Under the pieces are notes generated by a model. It saw only the letters and a program-made list of their open reading frames with translations. It was not told the DNA's origin and did no database searches. DNA of 63,938 bases, counting the filler, from Dugesia japonica (taxonomy: Eukaryota), in assembly GCA_001938525.1 (NCBI GenBank). It is 6 parts of 6 records of this genome, joined end to end, with 100 filler letters (N's around TTAATTAATTAA, not from the genome) between each part and the next. Parts side by side here need not be neighbours in the genome. Positions count along the whole stretch, not along the records: positions 1 to 12,280 come from MQRL01626165.1; 5 more parts are not named here. One strand, written 5' to 3'. This document shows, one piece after another, positions 1 to 12,380 of this stretch; position 1 is the first letter of the stretch; the number at the start of each line of letters is the position of its first letter. Position numbers and translations under genes: made by a program.

Positions 1-37
1 TTTATAAAAATATTATCGTTTAATATTAATTTCATAC

Positions 38-210
38 AACCGATTTAAAATTGACTTCTATCGCCACAGTAAACGAACCCAAATAACATTCAGATGGTGC
101 GCTCATGCAATCTTAACGTCGGGTAAGTGTCACTGGAGCTGCCATCAACATAGTCATAGGACGAATATTTAAATCCCAGTTTGCGGTGCTATACTTTCTG
201 CAATTTCTAT
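38..210 (-). pseudogene. Probable host exon with a LamG/ConA-like signature and one in-frame TAA
   Basis: Flanked by tttatag| and |gtatga; 173 nt, phase 1 to phase 0. Reads RNCRKYSTANWDLNIRPMTMLMAAPVTLTRR*DCMSAPSECYLGSFTVAIEVNFKSV. The C-x5-C-x2-G-x-F-T-V pattern resembles invertebrate LamG-like domains (pattern recognition only). Confidence 0.4.
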
Positions 211-360
211 CTATAAATATTTAATTATTTTAACAAAACAGCAATATTAAAACAATTAATTGTTTTAATTATTTTCTTTTTTTATTTGAAATTTCTTCAA
301 TTATTATTTAATAAAATTTTTATGAAACTTTTCATAAATTTTTTATGTATAATATTAAAA

Positions 361-1267
361 CATCCTAACATCCGCATTCTTTAAGAAATTTCAACTTTTC
401 CATATTTCTGTACATTACTCTTCCTTGCTTGTCTTCTAGCTTGTACCTTCTTTCATGAATATTTTCCTATATCTCGTATGGGCCATCCTATCTTTCCTTG
501 TTCTTTGACCGTACTTCGTTTTTCACCAATACTTTCTGATCAATTTTGAAAACTCTGCGGGTTGGGTATAATTTTCTACTGATCAATTTATCTTTTACAT
601 CTTCATGATCGATCCATCTTTCTCTTCGAATATCCCTTCAATACACTATCGCTGCTGGGCTAGTTTTAATCGTCTTTTGATATGTGGCGTTTATCATGAA
701 CTCTAATTCTGGAATCGTTTTGTTCCAATTTACTTTTTCAGATGCATTTATGCAGTCCCGGATGGTTCTAAATGGTCTCTCAGCCAATTTATTTGTCCCG
801 TGATGGTATGGGCTCAAGTAACATAGCTCTATGTCCATTCTGTATGTCATATCCTTGAACTCCTTTGATTCGAAGGTCTTTCCGCAATCCGTATGTATCT
901 ATTTCGGTGCTCCAAAACTGTAGGATATTTTTTTCCATGATTATTTTGCATATGGTTTCTTCATCCTGTCTTCCTATGGCCAACAATGATATACATTTTT
1001 AATAGTGATCTATTATGGCTAGAATGTATTTTTTTCTCCGTAGTGTCTCTTTGAACGGTCCACATACATCGATATAGATCTTTTCAAATACATGGTTAGC
1101 TTGCAGTGTTATTTTCTCTTCTTTTGTTATTGATGTGTACACTTTATTCTTTTGGCAATCTCCGCATGTTCGTGTTATCTCTGTTACTATTTCACGCATA
1201 TTCAACATATCATATCCACTTGTAATATAATCTGACATTTTTTCTTGACCTTCGTGCATAAGTATGG

Positions 1268-1314
<47 letters not shown>

Positions 1315-1349
1315 ATATTTTTCATTTTAATTAGTTTTCTGATTTCCAA
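361..1349 (-). mobile_element. Ty3/Gypsy integrase relic (frameshifted) with PPT and start of 3' LTR
   Basis: Zinc-binding H...CGDCQKNK, core KIYIDVCGPF and ILAIIDHY, SPYHHGTNKLAER, NATYQKTIKTSP, and a GPY motif near 480. Purine-rich AAAGAATGCGGA is followed by TGTTAG at 370 (minus strand). Confidence 0.88.
1271..1312. repeat. (TA)n microsatellite
   Basis: About 21 TA units, seen directly. Confidence 0.95.
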
Positions 1350-2049
1350 TAATATTTTATAATTCCATCGAAAAACAAAATGTGAGCAGTTTTGAAGCGA
1401 GTTGAAATTTTTTTGCTTGATTGGGAATTACTTTTTTTAAAAAATCTCTTATTTTATATATATATTACAATGTCATTTTGTTTTAGAATATATATTTTAT
1501 GCTTAACTCCTTTTCCAAATCTAACAGATAGAAAATTGAAATTCGATTGAAATTTAATAACTGCATTGGGAGTTCAAACTTGAATTATCTGGAAGGATTG
1601 AATTCTGATAGACTGAAACTATGATTAAAATTTGAATCGGGTTGAAATTTTTAATTTCAAATTTTCTCAGAAGAAATTTTTTTAATTAATTTTGTGGTAG
1701 ATTCTTCTTCCGTTTATATTGTAGACGACTACGCGAGATAGGGCAATTATCCACGAGAATCTGATTTCCAACGGCAATTATCAGAATTGGTAATTGTTGT
1801 ACTGAGGGGTAGCCGATGTAATAGATGGAGATTGTCTATTATAATTGTTGATTAGGCTGAGTTAATTGTTGAATGTTTCTTTAAATTGGATAATTAACCG
1901 ATTTTGGTCGATTTGAAATTTGTTTTTCAAAATATTTGTTTAATACATAGATCAAAGGTAAATTTAATTTTTATGAAATTAAAATTTTAAAACGAAAGTT
2001 CTTTTGTTTACATAGTAAAGATTAAATAAATCACAAGATATTAATATTA

Positions 2050-2200
2050 GAATTCAAATCCATCAAGACTGTTGATAGTGTCGATTGATTTCAGTAAGAC
2101 ACATCATCTAGCATTTTCTGTTGGTAAAAAATAATTCTTCCGGTTGATTAAATGAGAATTATTTGCTTTCATAAATTCCAACTGTATTGAGTAATTAGTA
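2050..2200 (-). mobile_element. Short mariner transposase fragment
   Basis: Similar to 3040-3200 (shared ttcaaatccat...ctagcatt...ggttgattaaatgagaa...tttgctttcataa). Confidence 0.55.
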
Positions 2201-2738
2201 TTCGTAATAATTCATAGAATAACATGAAATTTTGAAACTCTAACAACAGTCATTGCAAAATGAAAACATTGATTAAATATGTAATTGAATTTACACATTT
2301 AGATTATAATATTAAATAATAGTAAAATAAACAAAACTGTCAAGAAATTTGACATAATTAAATAATTCAAGTAAATCAATAAATAATAGAAATGAGTAAA
2401 ATAAAATTCATTGATTATTTAATGATGCATGCGTAAACAAAGTTTGCAATAACAGCATGTAACTTTCCAGGTAGGCTTAAATTTAAATTACTAGTGATGT
2501 TGTTTCAGACTCAAGCTCATAAAATAAACTTTGATTTCTCAAGAAATTATTTGTTTTCTGTACACCAGGTAAAGGATCTCCTGAAAAGAAATTAATTTGC
2601 TTATTATATTCATAAAAATTCAAATCACATTTTTTTTTGAAAACTTTGAATGATTAGAACAATTGAAAATACACTCGATAGTCATAAACCGCAAAATTGA
2701 AAATAAATTTACTTTTCATATCCAATTATGTATGTAAT

Positions 2739-3480
2739 CAGGGTGTCCATTAAAAATGAGCGTTTTTGTTATAAGAAATTTCAATTAAAATTTTCTTTAC
2801 TAAAACAAAGTTTAATAAATAAAATAATATTCATGATTTTGGAAAATATTGGCCCAACGTTGGAAAATATTTTGGATCTCATTTTTGTACCAATTTTGAA
2901 GATTTAGTCAAAGAAAATTATCAAGCTTTTTTGAATGTCTTCTCTATTTTCAAAGCAATGTCCTTGGAAAAATTATACCATCGACCAACCCAAATAAAGG
3001 TCCACACCGCTAGTTCCGACGGGTATAATTGGTGCGGTAATATCTCAAATCCATGAAAAAAGTTGATATTTTTCCTTGATTTCCGTGAGTCAAGTAACCT
3101 AGCATTGTTTTTTTTTCTAACAAAACTTTCTTCTGGTTGATTAAATGAGAACATTTTGCTTTCATAACGTCGTAAAATCTATCCAACTATATTGAGTAAA
3201 TATCGGAATTTATACTTTTATTATTTTACTGAAGTTCCAGAGACTAGTTAGCGTTCGCGGTTTGCATCATCGTTATTGAATTTTACGAACCACCGTCTTG
3301 CTGTTATTTTTTTTTGTCTTATTCAAGCCTTCAATTTCTTCGTTAAAACGGATGGCTTTAGAAGCATACGTCTTTCGTTTCAATAATTTAATATTTTATT
3401 AATTCATATTTTACTGTCATCTTTGGCGCTAAAGGTTTCAAATTAAAACAAATGTCATTAAAAAAATGTGTTTTTTTATT
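2739..3480 (-). mobile_element. Composite Tc1/mariner relic
   Basis: TIR-like CAGGGTGTCCATTAAAAATGAGCG at 2739. NNARLLDSRK...FEILPHQLYPSELA matches the mariner DNARPH...WEILPHPPYSPDLA region. Confidence 0.65.
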
Positions 3481-4149
3481 CAGAAAATTACACATATTAA
3501 AAAATAATCAATAATTTATAATAATTTAAATTAAACATAGTAAATCATTTTAGCAGAAACGCTCTTTTTCTATTCGTCATTTTATAATCATTTTATTAGT
3601 AGGATAGTAATTGAAATGATCAATAATAATAATAATCAAATTACGACTAAAATTACTTAAAATTAAATCTAACTTGGAAAAACCAAAATAGTGTTATCAA
3701 TTCATCTAATGAATTGATTCTTGTCAATAACCAATCAAATTGGAATTGAAGTACAAAAATAAAACATGGTAATCCAATGAACATTAATGAGATTAGAAAA
3801 TGATTTAGAGAAAAATAAATTTTAAAGAAAAATAAAAATATGATTTCTGTCATGATTATCATTTAGAAACATTATACATAATTAAATAATAAAACCATAA
3901 TTAATTTAATAAACAAGCCCTACTCCAACTTTTGAGAATTCGAAATATAAATCCACTTGTAAGCCACTACCGGTATTTTTATAGTTTTGGGTCACAAATG
4001 TAAATAAACATCATTTAGAACGCATAATAATTTTATTACTTATCACATAAAATAGTTTTTTGCAGATACCCAACTAAGAAGCATTGACAATTTATTAATA
4101 AAAATAAATATAAAAGATGTCTAAATATAGAAAAAACAGCTACACACCT

Positions 4150-4340
4150 CAACACTGGGAAGATAAGGTAGCAATGTTTTAAGCTTTTTTTAGAACAGAA
4201 AATTTTGATGTTGAGTTGCCTCACATAGGCAACACAGATGAAATGCCAACGAGCTTTGACATGCCAGCCAATAGGACTGTTGACTCAATTGGTACGGAAG
4301 ATATGAAAATTGGTACGGAAGATATGAAAATTGGTACATC
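4150..4340 (+). mobile_element. pogo-like DDE transposase fragment
   Basis: HIGNTDEMPTSFDMPANRTVDSIGTEDMKIGT resembles pogo IGNMDETP.xFDMP; a 21-nt tandem duplication lies at ~4288-4337. Confidence 0.7.
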
Positions 4341-4419
4341 CGCTGATTATTGCAATTTCTATTTTACTTTGTTGGTAATTAGCAAACAGTTATGATATCA
4401 TGATGTATTTTTATAACAA

Positions 4420-4620
4420 GGTGAACCCGGTATATCAACGTTGAAATGGAATATACATGATTCGAAAGTTATGTTATGTATCTCATGGTATCAGAAATGT
4501 ATCGCTTATTATAAACTTCTAAAGCCATTGGAAACCATAACTGGTGAATGCAATTAATTTGTTTGAAGTAAACTCTGACCAAAAATAGACCAAAATAGAA
4601 GAAAGGCATGCTTACATGAT
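4420..4620 (+). mobile_element. mariner transposase fragment
   Basis: IHDSKVMLCISWYQKCIAYYKLLKPLETITGE resembles mariner KVMLCIWWDQKGVIYYELLKPGETI. Confidence 0.75.
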
Positions 4621-5022
4621 TGTAACAGAATAACATGAAAGATGAACGAAGGTCGTATCTTCAAAGTGAACCTATTTTAATTTAATGCTTTTAAATAAAA
4701 TATTGTAATTATCATTGTATATGTTATATTCTAAAATAATATTGTTAAAATAATGTTATATTGTCATAATAATAAAAAGTATTGAATATTTTGAAGGTTA
4801 ATTTGATATTAGAATAAAAAAAATTACATTGAGAAAAACATATATCATTCTTCTCGGCAGACCTTTACCTGATCTATGGTGTCAGGCCAGTAGACAAGAT
4901 CTTAATATAGAATTATCACTAGAAACTAAAAAAATAAAATAGAAAAAAATTATAGTAAATTATAATCAATAATTTAAAAGTCGATTTTTTCGAGAATTCA
5001 TATAATAATCAATAACAACAAT

Positions 5023-5340
5023 AGTAGTAGGATATGAGCGCACTGGCTCACCCCCCTGAGTGCAAAAGTGAGTTACTATTTTGCAATGTAAATAGGCGGC
5101 AGTTGGAAAATGCGCAATTTAAATAGGCGACAAAGAAAATTTATGTGTGATTACATAACTTTTGCTTGTACTTTTTGTGTGCCTAGTTCGACTTTTTTCG
5201 AAATATTTTGACTTTCAAAATTTTTGGATTTTGTTTTTCAAATTTCAGATTTTTGCGCAATTTTTTTATTTTAAAATTATTTAAATTTATATAGGGAATT
5301 GTTCCTTATTTAATTTTAATTTATTCAATTTAATTTATTA
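5023..5340 (+). mobile_element. Polinton/Maverick-type terminus
   Basis: Starts AGTAGTAGGATATGAGCGCAC, followed by a GC-rich box. Same family as termini at 14992, 36783, 57802, 58502 and 60152. Lies 1.4 kb downstream of the pPolB relic. Confidence 0.55.
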
Positions 5341-6404
5341 NNNNNNNNNNNNNNNNNNNNNNNNNNNNNNNNNNNNNNNNNNNNNNNNNNNNNNNNNNNN
5401 NNNNNNNNNNNNNNNNNNNNNNNNNNNNNNNNNNNNNNNNNNNNNNNNNNNNNNNNNNNNNNNNNNNNNNNNNNNNNNNNNNNNNNNNNNNNNNNNNNNN
5501 NNNNNNNNNNNNNNNNNNNNNNNNNNNNNNNNNNNNNNNNNNNNNNNNNNNNNNNNNNNNNNNNNNNNNNNTAGGTTTTAATTATTGATATTGGATAACA
5601 ATTCAATATTTCGACCTTGTCTTCGTCAGGAATTGACTTTTTGAAAGTCAATAATTAAAACCCAAATGTTGATCGAAGCTTTTATATTAAATATATTCTA
5701 TAAAACGATTAATGGTTAAGTCTAACAATTATTCTCGCAATAATTGCAATTGTAAAACAATAATAATAAATAGGAAATTTCAATGAAGTATTATATAAGA
5801 ATTTTACTCGAATAAATTTTTACAGTTAACTTTTTCTGGGTTAATTTTAACAGGTAAATTTTTAGTTAAGTTTTACAGTTTATTTTACCAGTAGTATTTA
5901 ATTTTCTAAATAAGATTTTAGTAGTTTATTTTAGAATTTTCAGATAGTATTTTTTAATTGGTTTAGTAGTTAATTTTCAAGTAGTTGATTTTAGGTATTA
6001 AATTTTCTATACTATAATTTCTTGTTGTTAATTTTCTATTAGAAGATTTTAGAATTTAATTTTTAATTTGGTGATGTTTTAATTTTTATTATTAAATTTA
6101 AGATAGAGTAAATTTTATAGGTTTATTTTTACAGTTAATTTTTTAGAATCAAATTTTTTATTCTATAATTTGTACATAAATTTAATTTAACATATAATAT
6201 TTTTAATTTTAACATGGATTAAAATAAAAAGTAAATAACAAGTCAAATAAGTTTTTTTAAATTAAATTTATTAAGCAATCACATGAATACAATTTCAATG
6301 TTGATTTGATTTGAGTTGAACTGATTTGATTATTAAAACATAAAATTAATTTTAATAAATATCAAATAAAATGATTACCTGATTGAATTAGCAGTTTTTT
6401 TAAT

Positions 6405-9400
6405 TATGAGTTTAAATAATGCCCATATGGTAAGCTTTTATTATTTTCTTTCCAAACTCGTTTATCTCAATTATTAGTCAAAGCTACCTTAGGTTCAAAG
6501 AAACTATATAATTGATGGTTCTTTGTTCCAATCCGAAACTGGTACACTGAAACCGATTGATTGTTGTTATAACAATCTAGATACGATTGATGTGTTAAAT
6601 TAGTATATTTTAATGGTATTCCTTTTGCCTTCATGCTTGTTTTTTCACTAAGGAGACTATAGAATTTTTGTCTTAGAAAAACTCATTCCTTATATTTCAT
6701 TCCCTTATTCTCGTCTTTGAATCTCCCTACTACTGAGTTAAAGTCTTTGTTATATAATGTATGACTTGTGATATAGTTTGAAGTATCTAATAATTTATCT
6801 TTTACCATTGATTACAATAATTTTTCCAACTTAATGTTTTTTAGTTCCAAGAAAACGCTATCAGTATCACCAGCTACAATATCTATTTCACAACTAAGTT
6901 GTTTTCTATATTGTTCCAACTCAATTTACTGTAGCTTAATTTACTCAATACACTCTTAATTTACTCAAGTGAAGTACTGTTTGACCGATATAACTTGGTC
7001 GATCCAGGCAAAAAATTTCTTTATTGAGTAAAACTTCTATTAGGTCATCATCTATCTTAATAGTTCTTTTGAATCCAGGCTTGGAGGTATAGGTCATCAA
7101 CTTTTTAGCCTAATTAAAGAGCCGGAGATTCAAACATTTTTTCAAATTTTCCACAGACTTTCCGTAAAGACTGTTGCTCACCAACTTATAATAATTTTTT
7201 TCCAATTCCAATTTGCTTTGAAATCTTAATTTTGTATTAATATCTATGTATTCTTTGAAAATATTCCCCTGTATAAAGTTCACAGCTCTGTATATTGTTG
7301 TTATTTTGACACCTAATTTTATATACATTTGTAATAGCCTTCAGTATACTACATAATTATGTTTTGGGTGATGAGTTAACATAAGTTTTTTCACCTTCAA
7401 CCCTGGTGCACTTTGATGTTCGGCTGCCACTGGTAAATCACTTAAATAATTAAGGAGCTCATTTGGAATTTCTATGTCTACTTCTACAGTGTACCCATGC
7501 GATAAACAATCCTTATTTTTACATTCATCTAATATTTGTTCTAATTCTGTGTGAAAGTCTTTGTATGGCAGTTTCTGACTTAATGCCTATCCATATAGAT
7601 CGTTTATGTCAATGTACAGTAAATCCGTATTTTCCTCACTAGAGACATAGTGTTTGTTAACAAACGTTAAGCCTCCTCTGATTCCTCCCTCGAAAAATGT
7701 GTACATATCATTGTCTGTAAGTAAATCAATTGGTTCATTCAGTGTCATCAGGCAGATGCCCAACTCATTCCCGGAATTCCAAAGAAGTTTAATGGTTACA
7801 GTCTATTGTGTGCTATTGATTTGGCTCGAAACTGTTTGAAAAAGCCTGCCAACAGAAAGACATCTAACTTTAGATAGACCTTCATTTATTCCAATAAATT
7901 CGTACATCCCATGATTTCAAACATTTCCAAGGCCTTCTTATATGCTTCTTTATTGACATCATTCCACCTTGGAAGCTATGACAATGTTTCCTCCAAAAAT
8001 CTGTAAACTGGTTGCAAATTCATATAGGAAAATATCCTTTGACTTGACAATCCTATCATCACTAAATTCATTTGCAGTTAATGGTGTTGTTTTGATGGTT
8101 TTAACAACAGCATCCAATGAAGAGTTTATAAATTGATAATAATCAATAAACTTTATCGTTGTTTTGATAATGACGTGCAGTTAAACATAGAAAATTTTCA
8201 CTTGTTGTTGGAATACATGAAATATCTCAATGTTGAAATTTACCAAGTCCATATTTCAAAATATCATGTAGATCATATCCTCTCAAATTATGAAACACAA
8301 CTGGTAATTCGTATCTTATTTGTCTGCTTATGTTACAGTTGTTACACGCAGCTCCTAGAAATTTTCCTGTAAATTGATCATGGTCACGAACAAGATTAAC
8401 AATTTGCTTTCTACATAAATGGCAAATAATTGATACTTTAAATGAAATTTCCTCAATTGCTGATATTTCCATTTTCTTTTTACTATTTCTTTCATAATAT
8501 GGATACACTATATTATTATTTAGTTCTTCAATACAAAGTAGAAATTCATAAATGCAATCATAACTAATAAATTGATGATATTTGACATCATTAGTAAAAT
8601 TATTGTCCAGCAATATTCCAGCAGAAATCGTTACATGTTTGTGTTGATAATCTGGATCCTTTTCCAATACTGAATCGAAATCAACATAAATAACAAACGG
8701 TGGCGTTATAGTTTTTGAATAATTTGTAAAAAATTAATTCTTTTTCTGTTGGCATGGTGTACAGTGTATTTCCGGTCTGTCTCCTCTCACAAATGGCTTC
8801 ATGTGCATCAAATGTCTTTTTAATTCGAAATCCATTAAGGCAATTTTGACACCATATTGACTGTATTCTTACACCATCTTCTTTTACGTCTCTATTCATA
8901 AGCCCATTTAAATTTATTACTGCTGTGTAATAATATTTGTATCCATCTTTAAGTAGCAAGAAATCTATTTTTATTCCATTTTCAACCTTAAGCCTATGTA
9001 TTATATCTAAATTTGGGTATTTCATAACCACTTCTTCGTCATTATCTTCAACAATATTTTGGTTCTATGACAGTACATTGATAGCATATCCTGGATTTTG
9101 TTTTTCGAATTTTGGTATATTCACTTCTTCATCAAATATGAGTTCTCCAATAAACTCTTTATATTTTGAAGCTCGATAATTATTCTTTTTAACTACATCT
9201 CACTTAAGAATTGCAAGAATGCTATACAGAAAACATTTATTATCATTTTTTTGAATATTTAAAATTGACTTCTTTTTCACAAGGTTTCTGGAGTTTTTAT
9301 ATAACTGCTTCATGATAGTCTGCTGATGTCTGATACCTTTGTGATCTTAAAGTTTATCTCCAAGATACGAGATAATGTCCAACTAGACCCAAGTTCGTTT

Positions 9401-9850
9401 CTTATAATAATATTTTCGTTAAGAGATCTTGTTTCTTCCTCAAAAATTCATCGTTTAAAGCTTCTGCTCGATTCGATAATCTACAAGTTTTTGTTTCTAA
9501 CTTCTTTATGAATTCCACAAATACTCCAAACAGAATTTTTACTTGCTTCATTTCATCAATTATCTCATATTATCTCTGCACTAAAGAATCAGGTAGAATT
9601 ATTTCAGTCATATTGAATCTCAAAACATCCAGATTCAATATTTGATGGCATCTATACAAGTCGGTTTCGATTATTGATTCATCAACTGAACTACCAACTT
9701 GTATTCCATTTTAAAAATCTTCTTCTTCTTCCAAATATTTTTGCAACAGCTCCTCTGCATCGTCTTCATCATTCATTTCGATATTATCCTCTTAATTGAA
9801 TTCGTAAATTATTTTGAAATCATCACCATCCTCTAGTTTGTCTCCATTAA
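6405..9850 (-). pseudogene. Polinton/Maverick (adintovirus-like) protein-primed family B DNA polymerase, decayed
   Basis: Motif A LLYIDINDLYG*ALSQKLPY (~7570-7625), motif B KLVSNSLYGKSVEN (~7150), motif C DIVAGDTDSVF (~6860), exonuclease VVFHNLRGYDLH, EndoVII-like CHLC...VRDHDQFTGKFLGAACNNCN, N-terminal ILNIQKNDNKCFLYSILA, C-terminal SLPYGHY. Many stops and frameshifts. Confidence 0.92.
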
Positions 9851-9859
9851 TTTCTTTAT

Positions 9860-10090
9860 TTCAATAAGACTCATTTCAGATTCTAATGTTCTTTTCTTAT
9901 GTTGAAGAGTATTTATTGTATCTTTCTTGAGTATTTCTAACTATAATGTTTTCTTTTTAGGGTTGAATTGTTTAATATGTTGTGAATGTATCATATTAAA
10001 TGTATCATATGTTCCTTATCCTAATGTTTTACATGTGGAGCATAAATAATATTTTTCTCATAATAAATAAAACTGTAATATTTTTCCATT
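9860..10090 (-). pseudogene. Small CxxC ORF upstream of pPolB (Polinton-associated), decayed
   Basis: MEKYYSFIY...YYLCSTCK is homologous to MERYYVQFF...YYICPVCM upstream of the second pPolB relic (~42690). Confidence 0.45.
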
Positions 10091-12280
10091 TTTATGTGAC
10101 ATTCATCACTATGTTCTTTATTGGCACAATAGTTTCGATAAAGTGAACAGAATTCTATATAAAAAATTTATAACTACTATTGTTTATATTTAATTTCACT
10201 ATATAATAATGTAGTACTTAATTTTCCTAAATAGTTATTAGCAATCAAAACTTATAACATGTCCTTAAAAATCAATTCTATGTTTAAAATTCTAATATAA
10301 AAAATTAAATACAAGTATATAAAATTAATAATGATTTCTCAAGTATTTTAGCCATAATAAAAAATAAAAATAAGTAAAAATCAATTAAAATAGAAAATAA
10401 ATTATTTCTATAGTAACATTGAGCATTTAAATTTCAAAATATCTTTAAAATTAATTTAGTTATATAAAATTAATACTATAATTTAAATTTCAACAAAACA
10501 TTATTGCTTTGTAATATTTAGTAAATTGACATTTTAATTTCAAAATCAACATTAAAATGGATACTAAATTAGTTATAAAAAACTTATAAAGTATATAAAA
10601 AATTAATCTAGATTTATCAAGTATTTTATTCATAATAAAAAAATCAATATTAAATAAAAATCTACAATAAGTAAAAATCAATAACAATTCATTATTACTT
10701 TAGTAACATTTAAATTTCAAAATATCATAGTTAGTAAATTATAATTAAAGAATCAACAATATAAATTATTTATTTGTAATAATTTGTTATAAAAAAGTAT
10801 ACTAAAATAATTATTTAAAAGTATTTAAAAAAAGCTAAAAAGTAACATTAAAATCAATTCTCAAAATTAATTTTCTCAAAAGTTAAATAAAAAAAATTAA
10901 TGTGGTAATTATTCAAAAATTAATATGGTATTATAAAAATTTGGTATTAAATTAAGAAAATAAATTCAAAATCAATATATGTAAGAATTTACAATCAATA
11001 AATAAATTCCAACCTCTTTTATTCACTGAATTGCTTAGTAAGCTGTTGACATTATTTATTGGTTAGCTGTTAGCATTAAATCCATTGCCGTAAATTTTGT
11101 TGGCATAAATTCCGTTGTTATGCATCATATTTCTTTTCCTAATATTATCATTGTTCTAAAAATTAAATTAAAATTAATTTATAATTAAAATTTACTTCAT
11201 TGATGTTTCTTTTCATTAGAGTTTTATTCATATTGTTTGTATTCATATTTATTATATCTAAAATAAAAAGTTCAAAATATTTTTCAAGAGAAATAAATAA
11301 CTTACTTGTCAATATTGATTTGGAATTATATTAAAATAATGTATGCACTTCGTTTAAATATATATACTGATTGCGTAATCAACACACATAAACAAATGAC
11401 ATTTATTTTTTACAATTACATAACCATTGCACACAGAAAACATGTGGAAATTTATCTATTATGTAATCAATTTCGTAACAATTTATCAAAAATAAAAGAT
11501 AAAAACACGAGTCTCTATATTAAGTAATAAATATTTCATCTTGTTAACATTAAAATACATAAATAACAAAACTATATTAATATACAATAAATAAAAAACA
11601 ACTAATTTTAAACTAAAATTTATTCATTCTTTTGCATATTCTAAACATGACACCTCCTTTCCAATTATACATCATAACATTATTATTACGATTATTAATT
11701 AAAAATTTTTTTACCAAAATCATTCCAATGATGATCTTCCAAATAATACTGTAATGATTGGTTTTCAACATTCATTTCTAATATTTTCTTTTTTTAATGT
11801 TATTTATAATACTTACTACAACGAAAAACAAAATTAATGTAATTAAAGAAACCACTTCAAGAAATATTTCATTTTACATAGATTAATTTAAATTCTAATA
11901 AGAATATTCTAGAATCATTTGTTTTACTGTATTAATTTAATTATAATTACGCACATTTCTTCCAAACATATATATAAATCTACACTTTTAGTCATTATTC
12001 ATTATTTCAAAATGCAAGTTACAAAAGAAAATGCTTCAACTGCTGATGTCAAATGCGGAAAACCACAAAACCATTATAAATATTAGATGGTTTTTTTAGG
12101 AAATCATTATTATATACATTTCAAGTACTTGTGTATTCATCATCAACTACTATTAATGTTTTGATTTAGGATCCAGTCAAGCTAAATAGAGGCATCTATA
12201 GTATGCTCGTTTCAGAAATAAGCACAAATGATCAACAAACGTTAAATTATCTATTTGTCATAATCAATGAATTGATGAGA

Positions 12281-12380
12281 NNNNNNNNNNNNNNNNNNNN
12301 NNNNNNNNNNNNNNNNNNNNNNNNTTAATTAATTAANNNNNNNNNNNNNNNNNNNNNNNNNNNNNNNNNNNNNNNNNNNN
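12281..12380. other. Artificial scaffold spacer (44N-TTAATTAATTAA-44N)
   Basis: Identical 100-nt spacers at 12281, 21181, 34645, 43490 and 55773; TTAATTAATTAA gives stops in all six frames. Confidence 0.95.
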
